NCBI GenBank assembly: GCA_030390025.1
Contig: CM059432.1
Span: 138,014,001-138,078,000, forward strand
DNA: 64,000 bases
Direction of reading: 5' to 3'
From: Squalus acanthias
Lineage: Eukaryota
Part shown: one piece after another, positions 26,016-38,292 of the stretch
How the letters are laid out: each line of letters starts with the position of its first letter
Position numbering within the stretch: position 1 is the first letter of the stretch
Position numbers and translations under genes: made by a program
Notes under the pieces: model-generated
The model's input: only the letters and a program-made list of their open reading frames with translations
Database searches by the model: none
What the model was told of the DNA's origin: nothing

Positions 26016-27950
26016 ATAGAGTCATAATGGCACAGAAGGAGGCCATTTGGCCCATCGAGTCCGTGCTGGCTCTCTGTAGAGCAATCCAGTCAGTCCCATT
26101 CCCCCGCTCTATCCCCGTAGCCCTGCAAGTTTATTTCCCTCAAGTGCCTATCCAGTCTCCCCTTGAAAACATTGAGTGTGTCCGCTTCCACCACTCCCGT
26201 CGGCAGCGAGTTCCAGGTCCTCACCACTCGCTGCGTAAAAAAGTTTTTCCTCACATCCCCCCTGTATCTCTTGCCCAAAACCTTAAATCTGTGTCCCCTA
26301 GTCCTTGTACCATCAACTAGTGGGAACAGCGTTTCCCCGTCTAGCCTATCCAAACCCGTCATAATCTTGTACACCTCTATCAAATCACCCCTCAACCTCC
26401 TTTGCTCTAATGAAAACAAATCCAGCTTCTCCAACCTGTCCTTGTAGCTAAGATCCCCCATCCCCAGAACCATTCTGGTAATTCTCCTCTGCACCCTCTC
26501 AAGGGCCTTCACATCCTTCCTAAAGTGTGGTGACCAATACTCCAGTTGTGGCCTAACCAGCGCTTTATAAAGATTCAGCATAACTTCTCTACTTTTGTAC
26601 TCAATACCTCTATTTATGAAACCCAAGATCCCAAATGCTTTGCTAACCACTCTCTCAATATGTCCTGCCACCTTCAGGGACCTATGCACATTAACTCCCA
26701 GGTCCCTCTGTCCCTGCACACTCTTCAAACCTGTGCCATTAAGTGTATATTGCCTCTCCCTGTTCCTTCTGCCAAAATGCATCACCTCACACTTCTCTGT
26801 ATTAAATTCCATCTGCCACTTGTCTGACAATTCTGCTAGCCTTTCTATGTCCTGTTGCAGTCGATTGGTATCATCCTCACTGTTTGCCACAGCCCCAAGT
26901 TTGATGTCATCGGCAAATTTAGAAATTCTACTCTGTATTCCAATATCCAGGTCATTTATATTTATCAAAAAAAGCAGTGGCCCCAGCACTGACCCTTGGG
27001 GAACACCACTGTCTACCATCCTCCAGTCTGAAAAACAGCCATTTACCACAACTCGCTGTTTTCTATCCTTAAGCCAATTCCTTATCCAAGCTGCCACTAT
27101 TCCATGAGCTTCAATTTTCTTAACCAGCCTTCTATGTGGTACTTTGTCAAACGCCTTCCTAAAATCCATGTAGACAACATCCATTGCATTCCCTTCATTG
27201 ATCCTCCCTGTTACTTCATCAAAAAATTCAATTAGATTAGTCAAACATGATCTGCCTTTTACAAATCCATGTTGGCTCTCCTTAATTAGCTTAAACCTCT
27301 CCAAGTGCCCATTAATTTTTTCCTTGATTATTGATTCTAAAATATTACCCATCACTGATGTTAAACTGACCGGCCTGTAGTTACTAGGATTGTCCTTACA
27401 CCCTTTCTTGAACAATGGTGTCACATTTACCATTTTCCAATCCTCAGGCACCTCCCCCACATCGAGGGAAGATTGGAAAATTATGGCAAGCCGTTCCACT
27501 ATCTCCTCCCCCAATTCCCTTAGCAATCTGGGATGCAAGCCATCCGGACCAGGCGACTTATCCACTCTAAGCATACCCAGCCTTTCTAGTACATCCTGTC
27601 TATCAATTTTCACCCCTTCCATTGCTTCTACCTTTTCCACTGCTAACGATATTTTGTCAGCATCCACCTCCTTAGTAAACACCGATACAAAATAATCATT
27701 GAGTATTCTAGCCTTGCCCTGCGCCTCTAAGCCTATAACACCTTCTTTGTCGCTAACAGGCCCCACCCCGCCTCTTACTACCCGCTTACTGTTTACATGT
27801 CGGTAGAAGATTTTTGGGTTCCCTTTTATGTTAACCGCCATTCTACTCTAATATTCTCTCTTTGCCAATCTTATTTTCATCTTCACATCCCCTCTCAACT
27901 TATTGTATTTGGTCTGGTTCTCCCTTGAAGAATTCACCTGACATGCATCA
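26016..27950 (-). mobile_element. CR1 LINE, 5'-truncated, with 583-aa open ORF2 segment (26090-27841) covering the RT domain
   Basis: [49 protein letters not shown]; no APE endonuclease domain, so non-autonomous. Confidence 0.95.
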
Positions 27951-28059
27951 TGTCAGGTGAATTCTTTTGTTTCATCATCTTCTCTATCTCCCTCGAGGGA
28001 ATATAATTCAAGGGTATATAACTCCCTAGGTTATGATACCTGGGTCATTGGCAATACCA

Positions 28060-28243
28060 GTGGCTTTAAGATTCAACCACATTTTGTGGCCAGACTGGGT
28101 AGAGTGTTTCCATTCCGGAAACACATTAGTTGGAGTTTTACCAGAATCCTATATCTTGTGAATTTCATCTCACACCTGGCCATGGTGGGATTTGAACGGA
28201 TGAGTGCTCATTGAACTAGTTCAGTGCCATAACCACTACACCG
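28060..28243 (-). mobile_element. Degraded second tRNA-derived SINE
   Basis: Minus strand begins GGTGTAGTGGTTATG (A-box-like) and has GTTCAAATCCC (B box). Confidence 0.55.
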
Positions 28244-28774
28244 CCCTTATAACCCTGTTGCAATATTCCAGTACTTTCACAAGTGTGAAAGATATATTAC
28301 TCACAAGGTGCTGCTTTTCTGATTGATGTACATTGGCTGTCTCATTAATGTAAAAGAGCATGAATGGGCAGTATTAGAATGTCTCAAGTTCTGCTTGGTT
28401 TCAGAAGCATTTTGAAGTATCTTCCACAGGGATTCATTGCAGCGGACAATGATATTCTGGGGCCTCGGGGTGCTAACGGGAGGCGCAAAGCAACTGAATT
28501 TTTCCCCGTAAAGCTTTAAAACATTGTGCAGATTATAAAATGATTATCAGACTGTTTTGCATTGAAGGGTGTTTTAGTTAGAAGTTGCATTTTAATATTT
28601 CTATTGATGTGTCTCTTGCATTCTAATTGCATCCTCTGCACGAAAAGCTGTACCAGTGAGTAGTGTGTGTTTCTTTAAGCTGCAGAATCAGTCTATGTCG
28701 CTACTTCTGCTGACTGAAGAGTGAAGTCGAAGACTTCAAGTAAGTTGCAAAGTGGAATTTCTTTAAGATAGAGA

Positions 28775-29057
28775 ACTTTAAGTTCATTGGCAGAAGAGCT
28801 AGCGGGGAGATGAGGAGAAATCTTTTTACGCAGTGAGTTGTTATGATCTGGAACGCACTGCCTGAAAAGGGCGGTGGAAGCAGATTCAATTAGTAACTTT
28901 CAAAAGGGAATTGGATAAATACTTGAAAGAGGAGAAAAATTACAGGGCTATGGGGAAAGAGCAGGGGGAGTGGGACTAATCGGATAGCTCTTTCAAAGAT
29001 CCGGCACAGGCACGATGGGCCGAATGGCCTCCTTCTGTGCTGTATCATTCTATGATT
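28775..29057 (+). mobile_element. CR1 3' end
   Basis: Matches reverse complement of 12803-13117. Confidence 0.85.
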
Positions 29058-29968
29058 GTAGGAGCTGTGCTGTGCTTTGCTTTAGATTAGTCCAGCTTTT
29101 TGATTAAATAAACAAAATGTGCAATCAAAGTAGAAGTTCTGCACACAAAGATGACTTTGAATTGCCTCTGTGAGCTTGATGACATGCCGAGTATTTCTTC
29201 CTAGTTGCAAGGCACTTGTTTACTTTGGGTGCATGTTTTGTGATTTCTGCAGCATCGGTTTATTGGAACACAAAGAGTCTCCTGGCTTCGCTGAAGGGTT
29301 TTTGTCGGCTGTTGCACGGTTTTGGTGTTTCTTCAGAAATGTTTTTCAATGCTGTATTGCTTTACTGCAGCGTGGCAAACGGAAATAGGTGATGTTTGAT
29401 GTCTGTTGCCCTTTTTTTTTAATATCTGGGAAGCTTCGGTACAATCAGAATGGCTTCCTGTTGAAAATGCTAACTTTCTGTTGCTAAAAACTTGCAGAGT
29501 TGGAATTCCGATAAAACAGAAAGCAACTGTTTCGCTTTGACCTTGCAGCTTGTTTTTGCTTTTGTTGGCCCAACTGAAGAAATGTTTTGAACAAAACTGA
29601 CAGTAAGTCACTCGCAGTCATTATAGGTTCTTACAATGCTGGGTGGTAACTATTTACACTTGTAGAGAATCAATGCTTGCCTCGCAAGGATAAGTAAGTG
29701 GACATGTCATTTCTGTACATTTTGTTTTCATTTTGGAGGGCAGGCTGTTAAACCATTTAAACAGCAGACCAGTTTTGAGCTGGTAGAGATAAATTGCAAG
29801 CAATATGCCGTACATTTTATGCACTGAATCCTTTTAAGGGTGCAATCAGTGACCATGATATAGAAACATACATCCTTACGAATGGAAAACATCTCCCCCT
29901 CACCTACAAAGCTGTGTGCATTAGTATTATCTATTATTTTCAAATATGCTCTCTCTGTGGTAATTATC

Positions 29969-30478
29969 ATTCTTCTTCTCAGGCAGTCCCTGGGAACCGA
30001 GGATGACTTGCTTCCACACTAAAAATGAGTTCTCAGGTGACTGATGAGTCCAATGCGGGACCCTACAGTCTCTGCCTCAGGTGGGGCAGACGGTGGTTGA
30101 AGGGGCAGGTGGGTGGGGTGCTTGGGTTGACGTGCGCTCCTTCCGCTGTTTGCGCTTGGCTTCCACTTGCTCCCGGCGAAGAGACTCGAGGTGTTCGGTG
30201 CCTTCCCGGATGCTTCTCCTTCACTTTGTGCGGTCTTGGGCCAGGGATTCCCAGGTGTCGGTGGGGATGTTGCACTTTTTCAAGGAGGCTTTGAGGGTGT
30301 CCTTGAAGCATTTCCTCTGCCCACCTGGGGCTCTCTTGCCGTGTCGGAGCTCCGAGTAGAGCGCTTGTTTTGGCAGTCTCGTATCGGGCATACGGACGAT
30401 GTGGCCTGTCCATCGGAGCTGATCGAGTGTGGTCAAAGCTTCGATGCTGGGGGTGTTGGCCTGAGTGAGAACACGTCA
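29969..30478 (-). mobile_element. RTE-clade LINE 3' end
   Basis: QLRWTGHIVRMPDTRLPKQALYSEL..GKRAPGGQRK; (aag)n tail. Confidence 0.9.
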
Positions 30479-30796
30479 GTGTTCTCGCTCAGGCCAATTA
30501 TCATTATATAGAAGTTACAGCACCGAAACAGGCCATTCGGCCCAACTAGTCCAACTAAACTAGGAGTTTAGGCTCCACGCACCTCATTATCGAAACAAGG
30601 TTAACGTCAACAAGATCAGCACTTGTCACATGAAGTCAATTAACTAATAGCTGTCGCTATCCCATTTTCAGTTCGACGTCAGAAGCGACGATAGAGTCAG
30701 CTGCCTGGGCCCTAAGCTGTGGAATTCCCTCCCTGAATCTCTCCACCTCTCTCTCCTCCTTTAAGACGCTCCTTAAAATCTATCTCTTCCTGTACT

Positions 30797-31278
30797 TGGC
30801 TTGGAGGCGATGCAACAAAGGTTCACTAGATTTATTCCTGGGATGAGAGGGCTGTCCTATGATGAGAGATTGTGTAGAATGGGCCTATACTCTCTAGAGT
30901 TTAGAGGAATGAGAGGTGATCTCATTGAAACATACAAGATTCTGAAGGGTAGATGCTGAGAGGTTGTTTCCCCTGGCTGGAGTGTCTAGAACTAGGGGGC
31001 ATAGTCTCAGGATAAGGGTGAGATGAGGAGGAATTTCTTCACTCAGAGGGTTGTGAATCTTTGGAATTCTCTGCCCCAGAGGGCTGTCAATGCTGAGTCT
31101 TTGAGTATATTCAAGGCTGAGATAGATAGATTTTTGGACTCTAGGGGAATCAAGGGATATGGAGATCGGGCGGGAAAGTGGAGTTGAGGTCGATGATCAG
31201 CCATGATCTTATTGAATGGTGGAGCAGGCTCGAGGGGCCGTATGGCCTACTCCTGCTCTTACTTCTTATGTTCTTATG
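30797..31278 (+). mobile_element. CR1 3' fragment inserted into an L2 tail in the left arm
   Basis: Right arm has the empty site ..cctgtac|taatatctcc..; no evident TSD. Confidence 0.9.
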
Positions 31279-31559
31279 TAATATCTCCTTATGTGGCTCA
31301 GTGTCAAATTTTGCCTGATTACGCTCCTGTGAAGCCCCTTGGGTTGTTTTACTACATTAAAGGCAGGATGTAAATGCAAGTTGTTGTTGCCTGTCGAACA
31401 TATTAAAGGACAGATGCCTGATCTAGCATTGGACCTTTATCGGAAACAACCGTTCTTGTAACGTTCCTAAAATATCTTCATTACCCCTCAGCTTTTTACA
31501 CTACAGCATTCTGTTTGGGTTTTGCTTCTCAATATCTGAAACTATTATTCTTCCAAATG

Positions 31560-32878
31560 AAGTAACAACAGAAAGTACTGGAAACACTCAGCAGGTCAGG
31601 CAGCATCTGTGGAGAGGAGAAACAGAGTCAACGGGGGGAATTTTGCCGGCGCTCAGGGGGTGGGTTTGGAGGCGGGTCATCCGGCAAAATTGCAAAGATT
31701 GACCGCGGGTCCCGAACCTGCTGTCAAGCCGCCTCCAGACAATCTTCCCGGGTGTCGGGTCCCCGATTTGCGCATGGACCCGACACCTAGCGGCGGGAAG
31801 AAGATTATAGGCACCTAACTGCTTGTTAACAGGCTGTTAAGAGGCTTTTTGCAATTTTGACAGGTCTACTGCGGGCTTCCCGACGTCCGGACACCACGCC
31901 AGGGTAAGTGTGGCATGTTGTGGGTCTACTGTAATGTTTGTGCATTGATGACAGCTGCAGAAGTGGTGTGAAGATTCCAGTGGTACACTGGTGAGTTTCA
32001 GAGGTAAGAAAATGTTTGGAAAATCATTTTTAATGTATTTGGACTTTTCTGTAGGTGACAAGTTTTGAATTGTTTGTGTAGTCCCATCTCATTGGGAGAA
32101 CCTCTCTCACCAGTGACGGACCGCTTCTGTAACCTCGCCTGCAGTTGCCATCTGTTCTAGCCTAAGGAGGGAGTCAGTGGAGAGCCTGGGTGCAAGGGCT
32201 CACCTTTGTACAGTGATTGTCAGTGTTTGCAGCACCTCAATGCTGTCAAACACTGAAAAATGAACTGTCAAAAAAAATTGTGCCTGGCCCCTTTAAGAAA
32301 ACCGGCAGATGACGCATCATCAACTGACATCATCTGACACCGGCTTTCTCTTAATTGGCTGGCAAGCCCTTAGGGCGGGCTTAACAAGGCCAATTGACGC
32401 AAAATCGCGTCTGTGTGTCGGACTTCGTTGGGGACGGGATTGGAACCCGGAAGGCAGCTGTCTCGCCCCCAAGCCGCATCGAGAGGAAACTCTTTTGTCA
32501 TTCAATCTCTCCTGCCTTCCATGTTTCCTCACATGGTAGCAGTTAATGTTGCTGCCATCATCATTCACACCTCAGCTAGAGCCATCTTTTGTTTCTTAAC
32601 TTGTCCCATTACCATCTCCTTTTGCCTTGCACCATCATCTCTTTTGTCATTCAATCACTCCTGCCTTCCAGCCTATCACAGACCTTCCCTTTGTTCTTTC
32701 CTCCCCTCCTCCCGGCCCCTGCTTAAAAATCTCTCCTCCCTAACCTTTTCCAGTTCTGACGAAGGGTTCGACCCGAAACGTTGACTCTGTTTCTCTTTCC
32801 TCGATGCTTCCTGACCTGCTGAGAGTTTCCAGCACTTTCTGTTGTTATTTCAGATTTCCAGCATCCGCAGTATTTTGC
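31560..32878 (+). mobile_element. Penelope-like insertion with inverted 5' partial repeat, 14-bp TSD and nested MITE (about 31632-32470)
   Basis: TSD TATTCTTCCAAATG at 31546-31559 and 32879-32892; 31560-31632 is an inverted copy of about 32779-32850. Confidence 0.85.
32752..32786 (+). ncRNA. Minimal type I hammerhead ribozyme motif
   Basis: AGTT-CTGACGA-A-GGGT-TCG-ACCC-GAAA-CGTT-GACT; palindromic AACGTT in place of helix III. Confidence 0.75.
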
Positions 32879-34164
32879 TATTCTTCCAAATGGTCTGCTT
32901 GCAATAAGTTAAATCCAGAATAAACGAGCAGTCGGATTTTATTTTCTGAAAAGGTAGCACAGTAACCTTTGCTTTCACAGTCTGTCCCCATTTCATTGCA
33001 AGCAATGCATAATAAATGCAGATATACATACTATATCTCGGTCTTAAAAAACTGTTTTCCGCCATGGAAAATGGTGGTTGCATAACAGTAATTTTTAGTG
33101 AGTGTATTGCAGGGATGAATACCAATGACATTTGCATTATACGGGATTTGGCTGATTAGTTGTCATGGAGTTCGGATTTCTGCTTCCACATGGAACTTTA
33201 GCCTGTAATAGGAGACAACCAACTGGCTCACTAGCACAAGCATTGTTATCTGTCGACCAAATGGCTGGCTTTATATTTAACGCATTTCATAGTACATCGA
33301 GTTACATCGCGTCTACAGCACAGAAACAGGCCATTCGGCCTAAATGGTCTACACCGGTGTTTCTGCTCCACACCAGCCTCCTCCCACCTTACTTCATCTC
33401 ACCCTATCAGCATATCCTTCGATTCCTTTCTCCCTCCTCTGTTTATCTCGTTTCCCCTTAAATGCATCTGTGCTATTCGCCTCAACCACTCCTTTTGGTA
33501 GACAGTTCCACATTCTCAGCACTCTCCGATAATTATACATTATAGTATATTAATTAGAAATTCAGAGTTCTGATACGAAAGCTCCGTGACCGTTCAATGT
33601 TTGTTTTATAATATCAGTACATCCCGAATCAAAATAACAATGGGGAGAGGGAGACCAGGAGCATTTTGTTCTGTTTTGGAACAGCATACATAAAAATGTA
33701 AAACAAATAAATCGGCGGTAATAATATTGCAATCCGTAATGATGCAGAGCATTTCAGGTCCAGCGTGCTGTGCCATTGAGTGGCAGGGTGTAAAGTACAC
33801 GTGGGAATATTGGGCAATGTTTCTCCCTCTGTAGGTGGTGTACCCATGTACACTGGAGCATGTGCAGGGGTATAATGATGTGCGAGTAGGATTTCTGTGT
33901 CTCCTTGTTTGCCTACACTTAATTTGCGCTGTTGTTTTCTGGTACAAACTGTACGTGCAGATAAGGCACTAGTATATTTATGTTGCATTTTCTGCACAAT
34001 GGGTCTTAAAACTCACTTAACTGGGATCAAGTCCAGTTGGAGGCTTGGGATACCCTAAAGATGGAATCAGTTTAGGCCGGTTTTCTGGGTGCAAAATGGC
34101 TGTCGTGCTCAGAGCACACGCCAAAGGGCCAAGTCTCGTCCTAAATTGGGCCTTGGGCCTCCTC

Positions 34165-35127
34165 TAGGGTTGCCAGCCCTCCAACAACAACTTGCATTTA
34201 TATAACGCCTTTAACGTAGTAAAACGTCCCACGGCGCTTCACAGGAGTGTTATAAGATAAAATTTGACACTGAGACACTTAGGGAGATATTAGGACATGT
34301 GAGGTAGGTTTTAAGGAGTGTCTCAAAGAAGGAAAGAGAGGTAGAGAGGAGGAGAGGTTTAGGGAGGGAATTCCTGAGTTTCGGGCCTTGGCAGCTGAAG
34401 GCACGGCCGCCAATGGTGGAGCGATTAAAATCGGGGATGCTCAAGAGGCCAGAATCGGAGGAGAGCAGAGATCACGGAGGGTTGTAGGGCTGGAGGAGGT
34501 TACAGAGATAGGGAGGGGTGAGGCCATGGAGGGGTTTGAAAACAAGGATGAGAATTTTGAAATCGAGGCGTTGCTTAACTGGAAGCCAGTGTAGGTCAGC
34601 GAGCACAGGGGTGATGGGCGAACGGGACTTGGTGCGAGTTAGGACACGGGCAGCCGAGTTTTGGATGTGCTCAAGTTTTACGGAGGGTAGAACGTTGGAG
34701 GCCGGCCAGGAGTGCGTTGGAATAGTCAAGTCTCGAGGTAACAAAGGCATGGGTGAGGGTCTCAGGATTGTCCTGGAGTCTCCAGGAATTAAAGATTAAT
34801 CTCCAGGACACAGCTGTGAGCAACATCCGGTGGAAAAATCATAGGGGCATTAAACAAATTGTTTCATTTTTCATTTTCTTTGAATAGTTTTGTTTATTAG
34901 TTATAAAAATATTAGGGATGGGGGGGGGGCAAAAGGTTGTTTGATTGACAGTCAATAATCATCCAATCAGCTAACGATGAGTCTGTTCGCTTTTCAATTG
35001 GCCGTGGGAAGGCACTGCGCCTAGAGGACGGACATGTTGGGCGACCAATACCGGGAGTGTGGGGGGCGGGGCGGGTGGAGGCAGGAGGCTATGTGATGAC
35101 ACCTCCAGTAATTCGAGCAACCCCCTA
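34165..35127. mobile_element. Probable hAT-type non-autonomous element split by an L2 3' fragment (34183-34755, minus strand)
   Basis: Left end TAGGGTTGCCA, degenerate right end GCAACCCCCTA; no TSD recognised. The L2 is clear (ORF 34472-34750: QNSAARVLT..ITPVLADLHWLPVKQR). Confidence 0.55.
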
Positions 35128-35449
35128 ATTTTTAGTCTCAGTTCGGGATGCTAATTTTTTTTATTCCACTTGGCAGCTTGTTTAATAATCTGTTGACTTA
35201 TAGCATTTGACATTAAAAATGCATGTTTATGCACAAGGATGCAAATCAGGAATGTTTCTCCATGACTTTCCATTCACGAGTCCAATAGTACAGTCTGTTT
35301 TTTTTGTATGTGTTTGGCCGCAATCAGTCAACTAATGAATAAAATATTTTGTCGATTTAAAACGGTTTCAGAAGCAAATTGGAACATTTTCATGTCTTTA
35401 CAAAGCCAGGAGCTCATATTAGTGGCTGTTCCTCAATTGAAAGCTTTAA

Positions 35450-36465
35450 TTTTTTTTTATTCATTCATGGGATGTGGGCGTCGCTGGCGAGGCCGGCATT
35501 TATTGCCCATCCCTAATTGCCCTCGAGAAGGTGGTGTTGAGCCGCCTTCTTGAACCGCTGCAGTCCGTGTGGTGAAGGTACTCCCATAGTGCTGTTAGGG
35601 AGGGAGTTCCAGGATTTTGACCCAGCGACGATGAAGGAACGGCGATCTACTTCCAGTTCAGCATGGCATATGACTTGGAGGGGAACTTGGAGGTGATGGT
35701 GTTCCCCTGCGCCTGCTGCCCTTGTCCTTCTAGGTGGAAGAGGTCGTGGGTTTGGGAGTTGCTGCCGAAGAAGCCTTGGCGAGTTGCTGCAGTGCATCTT
35801 GTAGATGGTACACACTGCAGCCACGGTACGCCGGTGCTGGAGGGAGTGAATGTTTAAGGTGGTGGATGGGGTGCCAATCAAGCGGGCTGCTTTGTCCTGG
35901 ATGGTGTCGAGCTTCTTGAGTGTTGTTGGAGCTGCACTCATCCAGGCAAGTGGAGAGTATTCCATCACACTCCTTACTTGTGCCTTGTAGATGGTGGAAA
36001 GGCTTTGGGGAGTCAGGAGGTGAGACACTCGCCGCAGAATACCCAGCCTCTGACCTGCTCTTGTTGCCACAGTATTTATGTGGCTGGTCCAGTTAAGTTT
36101 CTGGTCAATGGTGACCCCCAGGATGTTGATGGTGGGGGATTCGGCACTGGTAATGCCGTTGAATGTCAAGGGGCGGTGGTTAGATGCTCTCTTATTGGAG
36201 ATAGTCATTGCCTGGCACTTGTGTGGCGCGAATGTTACTTGCCACTTATCAGCCCAAGCCTGAATGTCGTCCAGGTCTTGCTGCATGCGGGCGCAGACTG
36301 CTTCATTATCTGAGGAGTTGCGAATGGAACTGAACACTGTGCAGTCATCAGCGAACATCCCCACTTCTGACATTATGATGGAGGGAGGGTCATTGATGAA
36401 GCAGCTGAAGATGGTTGGGTCTAGGACACTGCCCTGAGGAGCTCCTGCAGTGATGCCCTGGGGCT
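35450..36465 (-). mobile_element. CR1/L2-group LINE, RT C-terminal part (ORF 35513-36481)
   Basis: PQGSV..IFSCFIND..MFADDCT..QQDLDDIQAWADKWQVTF; A-rich tail. Confidence 0.9.
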
Positions 36466-36782
36466 GTTGATGGAGTTGCACTCCAGATTATCAGGATTGT
36501 AACAGCATCTTTACAATAGAAATTGCACAGAAAAAGAAAAAGTCCATCTTCTGAAATCTATAATCATTCTGGAGTTGCAAGATTGTTTTGACTCCTTAAA
36601 TATTAGTTTGTTCCCTTTCTGACGTGTGACTTTAATTAGGGACAGGGCACTTAGAAAATCATGATATCGTTAGGCAGAGTCAACACGGTTTTGGTAAACA
36701 CGGAGGAGGTTCGTGTGGAGCATGAACACCGCATAGACCAGTTGGGCCGAATGACCTGTTTCTGTGCTGTTGATTCTATGTC

Positions 36783-37225
36783 CTTCTTCTTAGGCAGTCC
36801 CTCGGAACCGAGGATGACTTGCTTCCACATTAAAAATGAGTTCTCAGGTGACTGATGAGTCCAATGCAGGACCTACAGTCTCTGTCACAGGTGGGGCAGA
36901 CGGTGGTTGAAGGGGCAGGTGGGTGGGGTGCTTGGGTTGACGTGCGCTCCTTGCGCTGCTTGCGCTTTTGGCGTCCACTTGCTCCCGGCGAAGGGACTCG
37001 AGGTGTTCGGCGCCTTCTCGGATGCTTCTCCTCCACTTTGTGTGGTCTTGGGCCAGGGATTCCCAGGTGTCGGTGGGGATGTTGCACTTTTTCAAGGAGG
37101 CTTTGAGAGTGTCCTTGAAGCGTTTCCTCTGCCCACCTGGGGCTCTCTTGCCGTGTCGGAGCTCCGAGTAGAGCGCTTGTTTTGGGAGTCTCGTATCGGG
37201 CATGCGGACGATGTGACCCATCCAC
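36783..37225 (-). mobile_element. RTE-clade LINE 3' end
   Basis: Near-identical to 29969-30478 and 55846-56490. Confidence 0.9.
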
Positions 37226-37649
37226 CCGGATTCTATGTAATTCTATGGAGACAATCGTAATTTATTTTTTATTTCAATGCGAACAATTAGAAATGCTAAT
37301 TACCGCAGTTTTCCAGTGGGTGAGTTTCTATAGGATTTTGTTATCTTTTCTGTCAGAAACCTGGCCAAGCTCATTATTCCAGATTGTGGAACATTGTAGG
37401 AAATTAAGCACGACAGCGAATTTACACATCCAGTTCATTTCCTGATTTTGAAAGATGGACTTGTTGGTCCATGATTATATAGCACTTGCTCTTATGTGCA
37501 TAATCAACCTGTGAGTTTTGAAATTGGAAAGAAAAGCGTCAATTATAACTCAGGTTTTTGCATCGCCTGCTTGTTTAGTTCATATTGAAAATCATATTTG
37601 CCTAATTTCCTGGTTAGTTCTGCCCCTTTTTTGTGCTCGTCATGTGCTT

Positions 37650-38100
37650 GTCAGCCATGGCTCAGTGGGTAGCACTCTCGCCTCTGAGTCAGAAGGTTGT
37701 GTGGTTCATAGTCCCACTCCTGAGACTTGAGCCTATAATCCAGGCTGACACTCCCAGTGCAGCACTGAGGGAGTGCTGCTCTGTCAGAGTTGCTGTCTTT
37801 AGGATGAGATGCTAAACCGAGGCCCCCTCTACCCTCTCAGGTGGACATAAAAGATCCCAGGCACTGCTTCGATGAAGAGAAAGGGAGCTCTTTCCATTGT
37901 CCTGGTCAACATTTATCCCTCAAACTCAATGACTAAAACAGATTATCCGAGCAGTTATCACATTGCTGTTTGTGGGATCATGCTGTGTGCAATTTGGCTG
38001 CCGCATTTCCTACATTACAACTGTGACAGTACTTCATTGGCTGTAAAGCAGTTTAGGATGTCCCGAGGTCATGAAAGGCGCTGTATAAATGCAAGTCTTT
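37650..38100 (+). mobile_element. Full-length Deu-type SINE
   Basis: A box TGGCTCAGTGG, body, L2-type tail. Confidence 0.85.
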
Positions 38101-38117
38101 TTTTATTTAAAACCATG

Positions 38118-38292
38118 TCATTTTCAGTATTGAGAGGTCGCACAACACCAGGTTATAGTCCAACAGTTTTATTTGAAATCACAAGCTTGTGATTTCAAAT
38201 AAAACTGTTGGACTATAACCTGGTGTTGTGCGACCTCTCAATTTTGTCCACCCCAGTCCAACACCGGCATCTCCGCATCATTTTCAGTATTG
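38118..38292. repeat. Insertion containing a 114-bp perfect palindrome (38129-38242), flanked by a 15-bp TSD; probably Penelope-derived
   Basis: 57-bp arms with no mismatch or spacer, centred on AAGCTT; TCATTTTCAGTATTG at 38118-38132 and 38278-38292. Confidence 0.9.

Larger units (their letters stand above)
30582..33470 (+). repeat. Left arm of inverted segmental duplication (with later insertions)
   Basis: Unique sequence aligns to the reverse complement of 39497-40572; 7 mismatches over 33121-33300. Confidence 0.95.

Noticed and set aside
26090..27841. 583-aa RT as a host gene or retron-like system
   Set aside because: It is 5'-truncated CR1 ORF2 with a CR1 3' UTR and tail and has many paralogous fragments in the window.
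33165..33461. Duplicated ORF MEFGFLLPHG.. (also 39517-39783) as a paralogous gene pair
   Set aside because: Similarity is explained by the DNA duplication; the second half is antisense CR1 UTR and the frames diverge.
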